Shown here one piece after another: positions 1-9,875 of a stretch of DNA of 64,000 nucleotides. The DNA is taken from contig CAWBVY010000007.1 of assembly GCA_963792415.1 (NCBI GenBank), forward strand, positions 160,001 to 224,000, in the 5' to 3' direction. Position numbers and translations under genes: made by a program. The stretch is from Candidatus Deferrimicrobiaceae bacterium. Its GTDB lineage: Bacteria; Desulfobacterota; Deferrimicrobia; Deferrimicrobiales; Deferrimicrobiaceae. Each line of letters opens with the position of its first letter. Positions within the stretch are counted from its first letter, which is position 1. The notes beneath the pieces were generated by a model, which ran no database searches, was not told the DNA's origin, and worked only from the letters and a program-made list of their open reading frames with translations.

Positions 1-111
1 GTGGCGTTCGGGGTGATGTCGACGCCCGCGCTGGCTGTGGACGGTGTGGTCAAGTTTTCGGGGAAGATTCCGACGACGGAGGAAATCGAGCGGATCCTCG
101 CCTCGGCCTGA
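1..111 (+). CDS. Small thioredoxin-like redox-active disulfide protein (Thioredoxin_3/MTH895-like), 3' end only
   Basis: Frame 1 reads VAFGVMSTPALAVDGVVKFSGKIPTTEEIERILASA*; GVMSTPAL is typical of this family, which is common in ars clusters. Confidence 0.8.
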   Translation: MAFGVMSTPALAVDGVVKFSGKIPTTEEIERILASA

Positions 112-216
112 ACCGATCGTGGACCGCTGGACAGTGTGTCCCATGGACAAGGGCAACGATGACGGCAGGATTCCCTTGACGAGGGGGATGGGCCGCAAGG
201 GCGGAGGCTGCCGCGG

Positions 217-1306
<1,090 letters not shown>

Positions 1307-1314
<8 letters not shown>

Positions 1315-2434
1315 GGAGGGCGAAGAGAAGCCGGGTCGCCGTTCCGTCGCGGGGGGGGGCGGGAAAGCCCCCGCGGCTGTCCCCACCGGCACCCCGTCGC
1401 CCGTTGCGGAGGCCGGGGCGGGGCGGTACCTCCTTGCCGGGGCGCTTCTCTTCCCGGCCTGGTGGGCTCTGTACCTCGGCCTGCCGACGTTTTCGAAGTG
1501 GTTCGCGTACTCCCTGTTGTCGCTTCCTCCCTTCTCGCGGATCGGCACGGCCGTCGAGTTCTTCGTCTACGACGGCCCCAAGGTCCTTCTCCTCCTCACC
1601 CTCGTGGTCTTCGGGGTGGGCATCGTGCGGTCTTTTTTCACCCCGGAGCGTGCCCGGAAAATCCTCTCGGGGAAGCGGGAGGCGGTTGGGAACGTGATGG
1701 CGGCCCTCCTGGGGATCGTGACCCCCTTCTGCTCCTGTTCGGCGGTCCCCCTGTTCATCGGGTTCGTCACTTCGGGCGTCCCGCTCGGCGTGACGTTCTC
1801 CTTCCTCGTTTCCGCGCCGATGGTCAACGAAGTGGCGCTGGTCCTTCTTTTCGGCCTGTTCGGGTGGAAGATCGCTTCCCTCTATCTCGGGACGGGGCTC
1901 GCGATCGCGATGCTGTCCGGCTGGGTGATCGGGCGTCTCGGGATGGAGCGGCACGTGGAGGAGTGGGTCTACGCGATCCCCTCCGGCGCGGACGGCGCGT
2001 CGTCGGGGGAACGCCTGTCGTGGCGGGACCGGATCCGGTATGGCATCGACGCCGTCCGGGACATCGTCGGAAAGGTGTGGCCGTACGTGCTGGCGGGGAT
2101 CGCCGTGGGGGCGGCGATCCACGGGTACGTGCCGGAGAACTTCATGGCCGGGATCATGGGGGCCCGGGCCTGGTGGTCGGTCCCGCTGGCGGTCCTGATC
2201 GGGATCCCGATGTATTCGAACGCCGCGGGGATCATCCCGATCGTACAGGCCCTTCTCGAAAAAGGTGCGGCGCTGGGGACGGTGCTCGCCTTCATGATGT
2301 CGGTCATCGCCCTCTCGTTTCCCGAGATGATCATCCTCCGGAAGGTGCTGAAAGTCCGCCTGATCGCGACGTTCGCCGGCGTGGTGGGGACCGGCATCCT
2401 TCTCGTGGGCTTCCTCTTCAACCTGGTCGTATGA
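1307..2434 (+). CDS. ArsP/DUF318-family permease
   Basis: TPFCSCSAVPLF, SAPMVNE, GIPMYSN and ALSFPE motifs; overlaps the acr3 stop. Confidence 0.88.
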
Positions 2435-2458
2435 GGCCGCCCCCGCCGCCCGGGATCC

Positions 2459-2896
2459 TCAGACGTCGAGCACGACGACGGCGCGCCATCCGTCCGGGGT
2501 TCTCTCCACCGCGAGACGGTGCAGGGTCACCGCCTTGACGTCCGCCAGGAGGGCGTGTTTTCCGGAGTCGATCGTCTCCCCGACCGCCTCGGCGTGGAGG
2601 CGATATCCCGATCCGGCCTCCTCGATCCGCAGGTCTCGTATCCGGAGCAGGAGCCGCCCGGCGTCCTTGTGGTAGACGAGCTCCTGAAGGAGCTCGAACA
2701 GGAGAAGATCGAGGGAATCGGCGGCAAGGGAGAATACGCGGCCCTCCAGGGGAGCGACCGTCCCGATGTCCTCCACCATCGTATTGAGCGTCGCGTCGGC
2801 CGCGGCGATGAACGCCTCCTCCTTTGTTGCGCCACGCGCCTCGAAGGCCACGTCCGCCGTGGCGATCCCCTCCAGGTACCGGTACGGCGAGGTCAT
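2459..2896 (-). CDS. Archease (RtcB activator)
   Basis: MTSPYRYLEGIATADVAFEARG...DVKAVTLHRL...VVLDV; ATG overlaps the rtcB stop (ATGA). Confidence 0.92.
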   Translation of the reverse strand: MTSPYRYLEGIATADVAFEARGATKEEAFIAAADATLNTMVEDIGTVAPLEGRVFSLAADSLDLLLFELLQELVYHKDAGRLLLRIRDLRIEEAGSGYRLHAEAVGETIDSGKHALLADVKAVTLHRLAVERTPDGWRAVVVLDV

Positions 2897-4350
2897 CCCT
2901 TCACGTTTCCGACCGGGAGCAGGCGGACGACCCGCCGGCTGAGCCCGGCGTGCTCCGTGGCCTCGACCACGTCGTCGATGTTCTTGTAGGCGCCCCCCGC
3001 CTCCTCGGCGAGGCCGGACCAGCTCGCCGTCCGGACGTAGATCCCCCGTTGCTCCAGCTGCTCCTGGAGCTGTCGCCCGCGGTACCGTTTCCTGGCCGCG
3101 GTCCGGCTCATCGCGCGCCCGCTGCCGTGCGCGGTGGTGAAGAAGGTCGAATCGCCGGTGCCGACTCCCGCCAGAAGGTACGACCCGGTCTCCATGCTCC
3201 CGCCGAGGATCACCGGCTGGCCGGTCTCCCGATAGATATCGGGGAGTCCCTGCATCCCGGGACCGAACGCGCGGGTCGCCCCCTTCCTGTGGACGAGCAG
3301 TTCCCGCGGTTTCCCCTCGAAGACGTGGCGCTCGATCTTGGCCGTGTTGTGCGAGACGTCGTAGACCTGGCGCATCCCGAGGTCTTTCGGGTCCTTCCCG
3401 AACACCTCGGAGAACACCTCGCGGATCCGGTGGAGGATGACCTGCCGGTTGACGAAGGACATGTTGACGGCGCACTTCATGGCGGCGAAGTAGTCCTGCC
3501 CCTCCGGGGAGCGGAAAGGCGCGCACGCCAACTCCCGGTCGGGGACATGGATCCCGTACTTCCCCCGCATCGCCGCGAGGAAGACCCGGAGATAGTCGGT
3601 CGCAACCTGGTGGCCGAATCCCCGGCTGCCGCAGTGGAACATCACGACCACCTGGTCGGGGAGGACGATGCCGAAGGCTCTGGCGGTTTCCGGGTCGAAG
3701 ACGTTTTCGGCCCTGGCGACCTGGATCTCCAGATAATGGTTCCCCGATCCCAGGGTGCCGATCTGCCGGTACCCCCGGTCGACCGCCTTCTCGCTCACCC
3801 GCGAGGCGTCGGCGCCGGAAAGGCATCCGCCTTCCTCGGTCCGGTCGAGATCCTCCTTCCAGCCGAACCCGCGCTTCACCGCCCACCGGGCCCCCTGTTC
3901 CACGGCATCGCGGAACTCGTCCCGGGAGACCCGTACGGTCCCCTCCTCGCCCACGCCGGCGGGAACGCGCCCGGCCACGCGGTCCACGAGGGTCCGGAGG
4001 CGCGGCTGGACCTCCCCGTACGTCAGGTTCGTGAGGCAGAGCCGCATCCCGCAGTTGATGTCGAAGCCGATTCCGCCCGGGGAGATCACCCCGTGGTCGG
4101 GGTCCATCGCGGCGAGGCCGCCGATCGGGAAACCGTACCCCCAGTGGCCGTCGGGCATGCAGCAGGCGTGCCCCACGATTCCGGGGAGGGTGGCGACGTT
4201 CGTGATCTGTTCGAAGACGCCGTCGTCGAATTCCGAAAGGAGCTTCTCCGAGGCGAAGACGCGTGCCGGCACGAGCATCCCCGCCTTGTGGGAGACGGGG
4301 ATCTCCCAGACCGTATCGGAAATCCGCCGGATATCCTTCGGCACGGACAC
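2893..4350 (-). CDS. rtcB: RtcB RNA ligase (long, archease-associated type)
   Basis: Intact motifs PDGHWGYGFPIGG, GFDINCG, GSGNHYLE, HCGSRG, HN, HRKGA, HGSGR and EEAGGAYK; GTG start with GGAGG RBS. Confidence 0.96.
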   Translation of the reverse strand: MSVPKDIRRISDTVWEIPVSHKAGMLVPARVFASEKLLSEFDDGVFEQITNVATLPGIVGHACCMPDGHWGYGFPIGGLAAMDPDHGVISPGGIGFDINCGMRLCLTNLTYGEVQPRLRTLVDRVAGRVPAGVGEEGTVRVSRDEFRDAVEQGARWAVKRGFGWKEDLDRTEEGGCLSGADASRVSEKAVDRGYRQIGTLGSGNHYLEIQVARAENVFDPETARAFGIVLPDQVVVMFHCGSRGFGHQVATDYLRVFLAAMRGKYGIHVPDRELACAPFRSPEGQDYFAAMKCAVNMSFVNRQVILHRIREVFSEVFGKDPKDLGMRQVYDVSHNTAKIERHVFEGKPRELLVHRKGATRAFGPGMQGLPDIYRETGQPVILGGSMETGSYLLAGVGTGDSTFFTTAHGSGRAMSRTAARKRYRGRQLQEQLEQRGIYVRTASWSGLAEEAGGAYKNIDDVVEATEHAGLSRRVVRLLPVGNVKG

Positions 4351-4380
4351 GGTGCGCCTCCTTCCGTCGGCTCTTCGTCC

Positions 4381-4386
4381 ATTATA
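4381..4386 (-). promoter_or_regulatory. Candidate -10 box (TATAAT) upstream of rtcB
   Basis: Perfect TATAAT on the minus strand in the 72-bp draG-rtcB gap; no clear -35. Confidence 0.4.
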
Positions 4387-4422
4387 TCGCGGGGCGCTGC
4401 GCGACCGGTTCCTTCCGCCGGT

Positions 4423-5349
4423 TCAACGCGGTGACGTCCCCGCGAACCGGGGGGACGTCCGCACGAGCGCCTCCGCCAGGCTGGACAGTTCCCCGCGAAG
4501 ATCCGGGTCGAGCGCCTGCAGCCACCTCCGGGGGATCGCGTCGAGCCCGTACCGTGCGCCCGCGATCGCGCCGGCGATGGACCCCGTCGTGTCCGCGTCG
4601 CCCCCCCGGTTCACCGTTTTCACGACGCAATCCTCGAAGCTGTCCGTGGAGAAGAAGGCGTCGAACACCGTTCGGAGCGTGTCCACCACGTAGGCGGACG
4701 AATTGCCGTCATACCCCTCGAGGCGGAACTCGGGGTGTCGTGCGGCCAATTCCTCCGCCGCCGCCCGCAGGTCCCGCAGCGGCGCGCCGAGAAGGCCCCG
4801 CTGGATCATCTTCCCCACCGACACGCACGCCGCGTCGGACAGCCGGTGGTGGTGGGTGATGCGCGCCTGCTCGACCGCGAGGCGGGAGAGGAGGTCCTCG
4901 TTGCCGAGCGTGTGGAGCGCGACCGGGGCGACCCGCATCGCCGCGCCGTTTCCCGCGCCCCGCTCGTCGGGGGGCGCTTCGAGCCGTCCCTTTTCCATGT
5001 ACGCCTCGATCCCGCGACGGCAGGTGGCGCCCACGTCCGCGGGGTTCCCCGATAGCCAATGGGCAAACCGGTCCGCGATCGGCCCGAGAGCCCACCGTCC
5101 CGATCGGACGATGCCCCTGGCGACGCAAAGGGTCATTTCCGTGTCGTCGGTGACCTGTCCCGGCGACAGCTTCAACCAGCCCCCGCCGACGATCTCCCTG
5201 AGGACGCCGTACCGGTCGTGGATCTGGGCCGGCGTCATGAATTCGGCCGTGGCCCCCAGCGCGTCTCCCACGGCGACGCCGAAGAGCGCCGCGCGCGCGC
5301 GGTCGACGATCCCCGGCACGTCCCGGGGGGGTGTCCCTCGGGTACTCAA
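4423..5349 (-). CDS. draG: ADP-ribosylglycohydrolase, DraG-like
   Basis: GDALG, TDDTEM, GNGAAMR, THH and GGDADTTG motifs; probable TTG start overlapping the draT stop (TTGA), start uncertain. Confidence 0.88.
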   Translation of the reverse strand: MSTRGTPPRDVPGIVDRARAALFGVAVGDALGATAEFMTPAQIHDRYGVLREIVGGGWLKLSPGQVTDDTEMTLCVARGIVRSGRWALGPIADRFAHWLSGNPADVGATCRRGIEAYMEKGRLEAPPDERGAGNGAAMRVAPVALHTLGNEDLLSRLAVEQARITHHHRLSDAACVSVGKMIQRGLLGAPLRDLRAAAEELAARHPEFRLEGYDGNSSAYVVDTLRTVFDAFFSTDSFEDCVVKTVNRGGDADTTGSIAGAIAGARYGLDAIPRRWLQALDPDLRGELSSLAEALVRTSPRFAGTSPR

Positions 5350-6143
5350 TAGCTCCTCACGGCGACTTCGAAATCCCCGCCGATGACCATCGCCTCCTCT
5401 TCTCCCTTCGGGAGGACGTCCGGCAGGAGGTCCGCGCGGAAGAAGATCTTCGCGGCGGGGACGTCGGCCTCGAAGATGTGTCCCCCGAACTCCCAGGCGT
5501 GCTCGAGCCGGCCGGAGAAGGAGTTGAGGTTGTTCAACCGGACGACGAGCCGGTTCCCGCCGGGGTTCCCGAGAACCCGGTAATCCGCGAGGTTGCGGAT
5601 TCCCCGGTACAGGGTGAAGGAGGGGACTCCCGGATGCCGCCGTCGCAATTCGTGCTGGACGAACTCGTAGAGAAGGTCGAACTGGGCCTCCACGGCGTTC
5701 GTCCGCGCGCTCTCCCGCATCCGCTCGGCGAGGTAGAGGAGGTACTCTCTCGAATCGATCCCCTCGATCCGGCCGGCATGGAAGACCGGGGGGAGGCCGA
5801 AGCGGCTCTCGACCCATCCTTTCAGCACCGCCCCCTCCGCCGAACTCGCGTCGAGCATCCATCCGCGGAGGAACCGGAGGTAGCTGTTCCGGAGCGACCG
5901 GCGGCCGAGGGGGGTCGCTTCCCGCCGCCATTTTCCGGATTGAAACACCAGGTCGATGTAGTCCCGGAAGCACCGTTGGCGCCCCGCGGGGTCGGCGAGG
6001 CTTTCCAGGCGGGAGAAGAAGGATTGGTGGGCGCGTCGGACCCCCTGGATCTCGAGGGGGAGGGGGTGCCGGTTGAAGCGGGGGGACGCGATCACCCACG
6101 GGGGTTGGTCGCAACGGTTTACCGGCAGGGTATCGGTGCCCAT
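5346..6143 (-). CDS. draT: DraT-family NAD+-dependent ADP-ribosyltransferase (dinitrogenase reductase ART-like)
   Basis: SYLRFLRGW, EGAVLKGWVESRFGL, LYRG, LNNLNSFS and GEEEAMVIGG match the DRAT family and the R-S-E ART triad. Confidence 0.9.
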   Translation of the reverse strand: MGTDTLPVNRCDQPPWVIASPRFNRHPLPLEIQGVRRAHQSFFSRLESLADPAGRQRCFRDYIDLVFQSGKWRREATPLGRRSLRNSYLRFLRGWMLDASSAEGAVLKGWVESRFGLPPVFHAGRIEGIDSREYLLYLAERMRESARTNAVEAQFDLLYEFVQHELRRRHPGVPSFTLYRGIRNLADYRVLGNPGGNRLVVRLNNLNSFSGRLEHAWEFGGHIFEADVPAAKIFFRADLLPDVLPKGEEEAMVIGGDFEVAVRSY

Positions 6144-6227
6144 CCGATCATGCTACCACCGAATATAAAAAACCGGTTTATACTTGGGAGACCCGAGTGT
6201 CAATGCGGGGGACGAAAGGAGAGGCCG

Positions 6228-6698
6228 ATGGGAACGATCGTGCACACGTCGCGGATCTCGATCGTGCGGGAGAAGGGGCCGACCCGGATCGCGCGGATCG
6301 AGGGATTTCCGGAGCCCGTGTATTACGGGGTTCATGGGGGGATCAAGAATTTCTACAAGGTCGAGCCCGAGAAGGAGCACGCGGCCACGCTCGATCACAT
6401 CGTGGGCGCGGTCTCGGCCTGAATGATGGGGACACTGGCCACGGTGCTGGCCGGCAGAAAGGTTCCTACCTTCGGCGATCGTTTCCGCGCGGACGTGGAA
6501 GGGGACATCGAGGATGTGGACGGAGTGCTCAGGATCACGCGGATCCGCGTGCGGTACACCCTGAAGGCGCCCGCCGGGAAAACGGCGGACGCCCGCGAGG
6601 CGATGGGTACGTATATCACCCGGTGCCCGGGAGCGATGAGCGTTCGCGGGTGCATCGCCATCGAGGACACGCTGGACGTCTCCGAACTCGCGGAATAG
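6228..6698 (+). CDS. OsmC/Ohr-like selenoprotein (Sec65)
   Basis: Two in-frame ORF pieces joined by TGA 6420-6422 in GAVSA-U-MMGT, the OsmC first-Cys position; second Cys in RCPG; hairpin downstream. Confidence 0.85.
6435..6454 (+). promoter_or_regulatory. Candidate bacterial SECIS hairpin (OsmC-like gene)
   Basis: CTGGCCA-CGGTGC-TGGCCGG stem-loop starting 12 nt after the TGA. Confidence 0.65.
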
Positions 6699-6707
6699 GG
6701 GACGCCC

Positions 6708-7220
6708 GTGCCGATTGCGCACAAGGGGGTCACTCCGCGCCTCCACCCGTCCGTGTTCGTCGCGGAGGGGGCGCGGATCGTCGGGGACGTGGAGATCGGG
6801 GAGGATTCGAGCGTCTGGTTCAACGCGGTAATCCGGGGGGACATCCTTCCGATCCGGATCGGCCGCAGGACGAACGTCCAGGACGGCTGCGTCCTGCACA
6901 CCAGGGACGGGTTCCCTCTCGCGGTGGGGGACGAGGTGACCATCGGCCACGGCGCCACGGCGCACGGGTGCGCGATCGGAGACCAGTGCCTCCTCGGGAT
7001 CGGGTGCATCGTCCTCGACGGATCGGTGATCGGAAGGGGAAGCGTGATCGGCTCCGGCGCCGTGGTCCCGCCGGGGACGATCGTTCCCCCGCATTCGCTC
7101 GTGATGGGAGTGCCGGGGAAGGTGGTGAGGGATCTCGGGGCGGAATCCGCGGAGAGGAACCGGGCGTATTCCGACAGGTACGTCAGGTACGCGGTTTCGT
7201 ACCTTGAAAAGGGGGAGTGA
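6708..7220 (+). CDS. Gamma-carbonic-anhydrase-family hexapeptide repeat protein (PaaY/CaiE/YrdA-like)
   Basis: IVGDVEIG, VWFNAVIRGD, TNVQDGCVLH and TIGHGATAHGC. Confidence 0.92.
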   Translation: MPIAHKGVTPRLHPSVFVAEGARIVGDVEIGEDSSVWFNAVIRGDILPIRIGRRTNVQDGCVLHTRDGFPLAVGDEVTIGHGATAHGCAIGDQCLLGIGCIVLDGSVIGRGSVIGSGAVVPPGTIVPPHSLVMGVPGKVVRDLGAESAERNRAYSDRYVRYAVSYLEKGE

Positions 7221-7642
7221 TGGACAGGGTGCAGGAGATCTTTCGCGGCGACCGGCTCATCCAGGACTTCGGGATGATGCTCCTCGAGGGGCGGGAGGGC
7301 TACGCGAAGGTGTCGGTCGTCGTCGAGGACCGGTTCCTGAACGCCCACTCGATCGGCCACGGCGTGCTGCTGTTCGCCGTCGCGGACGCCGCCTTCGCCC
7401 TTTCGGTCAACGCGGCCGTCGACGCGGTCGGAGTGCAGTGGAGCCTGAACGTCTTCCGGGCGGCGAAGCCCGGCGAGACGGTGGTCGGCGAATCCCGCAT
7501 CCTTCACAAGGGGCGCCAGTCGATGGTGTGCGAGCTCACGGTCACCGCCGGCGACGGCCGGGTGCTGGCGAGGGGGCAGTCCACCGCGCTGCCGGTATCG
7601 CGCGAGGCGTTTGCCGGCGGCGGCGGGAGGAAGGGCGGCTGA
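7217..7642 (+). CDS. PaaI-family hotdog thioesterase
   Basis: LNAHSIGHGVLLFAVADAAF resembles the PaaI N..HGG...D motif. Confidence 0.85.
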   Translation: MMDRVQEIFRGDRLIQDFGMMLLEGREGYAKVSVVVEDRFLNAHSIGHGVLLFAVADAAFALSVNAAVDAVGVQWSLNVFRAAKPGETVVGESRILHKGRQSMVCELTVTAGDGRVLARGQSTALPVSREAFAGGGGRKGG

Positions 7643-7656
7643 CCACGCCCCGGGCG

Positions 7657-8274
7657 CTAGTCCGGAAGATTCCTTGTGACGGGTGAAGGTGCGAGCGCCT
7701 TGAGCCAGTACGATTCCATCATCCGGGCGAGCCGCGGGAAGGGCGCCTGGATGAGGTCTAGCATCTTGAGGCGGGTGGTCCCGTAGAACGATCCGCGCAG
7801 CATCTGGGCCGTCTCCCGCACGGGGAAGGGGAGATGGAGCGTTCCGTCCGCCTTCCCCCGGGCGAGGATCCGGGAGAAGAGCTTCGTGATCCGCTCGAGC
7901 TTCTCCCGTTGCGGGGACCCGCCGGCGGATTTTTCGACCGCCAGGTGTACCGGAAAGTCGCGGAGCAGGATGAGGTACTGCTCCTCGCGCAGGGAGACGT
8001 AGTCGAAGTGGAACCGGGCGAAGGCCGAGAGCGTTTCCCGTCCCGTCGCCCCCCTCGCGAGAATCCCCTCGATCCCGGCGAGGTACCCTTCCATCGTCTC
8101 GTCGAACAGGGTAAGGAAGATCCCGTCCTTGCTCCCGAAGTGGTGGTAGAGCGTCCCCTCGGCGACCCCGGCCTCGCGCGCGATCTCCGCGGTCGTGGTC
8201 TGGCTGTACCCCCTCGTAGCGAACAGGCGGGATGCGGTCGCGAGGATCGCCCGGCTTCTGGTGGTGTCCGACAT
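7657..8274 (-). CDS. TetR/AcrR-family regulator
   Basis: N-terminal HTH IAREAGVAEGTLYHHFGSK; last gene of the efflux operon. Confidence 0.92.
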   Translation of the reverse strand: MSDTTRSRAILATASRLFATRGYSQTTTAEIAREAGVAEGTLYHHFGSKDGIFLTLFDETMEGYLAGIEGILARGATGRETLSAFARFHFDYVSLREEQYLILLRDFPVHLAVEKSAGGSPQREKLERITKLFSRILARGKADGTLHLPFPVRETAQMLRGSFYGTTRLKMLDLIQAPFPRLARMMESYWLKALAPSPVTRNLPD

Positions 8275-8282
8275 GTGCCTCC

Positions 8283-9869
8283 TCAGTGCCCCGAAACCGG
8301 GTCCGTCTGGTGCGCCGGCCTGCGGAGCAGGAACAGGAGCGGCAGGACGCACGCCATCATCACCGACAGGACGTAGAACGCGTCGTTGAATCCCATCATC
8401 GTCGCCTGCCGGACCAGCTCCCCGTAGATCCTCCCGAGCGTGACGTTCCCCGCCATCGCCTCGGGCACGCCGCGGGACGGCAGCAGCGCCTGTCCCTTAG
8501 CGACGGCGGCGCGCAATCCCTCGTCCATCACGGTCAGGTGCTCCACCAATCGGCTCTGGTGCACCTGCGCCCGGTGGGTGAACATGGTGGCCGAGAAGGC
8601 GACGCCGATCGATCCCCCGAGGTTCCGCAGCAGGTTGTAGATCGAGGTGGCGTTCCCCATCTGCGGCTTCGGGATCGAGGAGAGGGTGAGCGTCGTCAAG
8701 GGGATGAAAAGGAGCCCCATCCCGAGCCCGAGGTAGATCCGTGGCAGGAGCAGGGCGTCGAAGTCGGCGCCCAGGGAGAAGTTCGACATCGTCCAGGTGG
8801 AGAGGGCGCACACCGCCACCCCGAGAAAGAGCGGGTACTTCGGGTCGTGCCGCCCGATGAACCTCCCCACGAGCGGCATTGCGATGAGCGTGGCGACTCC
8901 GCCGGGGGAAAGGACGAGCCCGGCGAGCGTCGCCGTGTACCCGAGCAGCAGCTGGGCGTAGAGCGGGAGCAGGACGATGCTGCCGAGCAGGTTGAAGAAG
9001 GCGACGAACATCACGACGTTCCCGGTGGTGAACGAGATGTTCTTGAACGCCCGCAGGTCGACGACCGGGTGCTCCGCGACGAACAGTTCCACGATCACGA
9101 AGAGGAGGAGGGCGAGCGCCGCGACGGCCGACAGGACGAGGATGAAGTCGGATTGGAACCAGTCCTCCCGCTGCCCCTTGTCCACGACGATCTGGAGCGC
9201 CCCTACCCACACGGTGAGGAGCGCGATCCCCCAGACGTCCACTTTCTCGCCCCTGCGGTGCTTCAGGTACGGGGGGTCCTGGATGAACATCGAAACCATG
9301 AAGACGGCGAACAGCCCGATCGGGATGTTGACGTAGAAGATCCACCGCCAGGAGAGGGCGTCCGTGATGTACCCGCCCATCAGCGGGCCGGCGATGGGGC
9401 CGAACATGGCGCCGACGCCGAAGATGGCCATCGCCATCCCGTGCTCCCTCGGCGGGAACGTCTCGAGCAGGATCGCCTGCGACATCGGCTGCAGCGCTCC
9501 GCCCCCGATCCCCTGCAGGACGCGGAAGAAGACGAGCATCCCCAGGCTCGTGGAGGAGCCGCACAGCAGGGAGGCGAAGGTGAACAGGAGGACGGAGAAG
9601 GTGAGGTACCGCTTCCGCCCGAAGGTGCGGGCAAGCCACCCCGTCATCGGGATGATGATGGCGTTGGAGACGAGGTAGGACGTGAGCACCCACGCCGACT
9701 CGTCGATCCCGGACGAAAGGGACCCCCGGATGTGGTCGAGGGCGACGTTCGCGACGCTCACGTCGATGATCTCGATGAGCGTCGGCAGCATCACCGTGAT
9801 CGCGACGATCCACTTGCTCGCGCCGATCGCGCCGACCGCGTTCCCGAACCGCCCCCCCTCCCCGTTCAT
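8283..9869 (-). CDS. emrB: DHA2-family MFS efflux permease (EmrB-like)
   Basis: 14-TM pattern; IDVSVANVAL, WVLTSYLVSNAI and WRWIFYVNIPIG. Confidence 0.92.
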   Translation of the reverse strand: MNGEGGRFGNAVGAIGASKWIVAITVMLPTLIEIIDVSVANVALDHIRGSLSSGIDESAWVLTSYLVSNAIIIPMTGWLARTFGRKRYLTFSVLLFTFASLLCGSSTSLGMLVFFRVLQGIGGGALQPMSQAILLETFPPREHGMAMAIFGVGAMFGPIAGPLMGGYITDALSWRWIFYVNIPIGLFAVFMVSMFIQDPPYLKHRRGEKVDVWGIALLTVWVGALQIVVDKGQREDWFQSDFILVLSAVAALALLLFVIVELFVAEHPVVDLRAFKNISFTTGNVVMFVAFFNLLGSIVLLPLYAQLLLGYTATLAGLVLSPGGVATLIAMPLVGRFIGRHDPKYPLFLGVAVCALSTWTMSNFSLGADFDALLLPRIYLGLGMGLLFIPLTTLTLSSIPKPQMGNATSIYNLLRNLGGSIGVAFSATMFTHRAQVHQSRLVEHLTVMDEGLRAAVAKGQALLPSRGVPEAMAGNVTLGRIYGELVRQATMMGFNDAFYVLSVMMACVLPLLFLLRRPAHQTDPVSGH

Positions 9870-9875
9870 CGGCGC

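Noticed and set aside
6708-7642. Complete phenylacetate (paa) catabolic cluster
   Set aside because: Only PaaY-like and PaaI-like genes (and a distant PaaG-like gene); no paaK, paaA-E or paaZ
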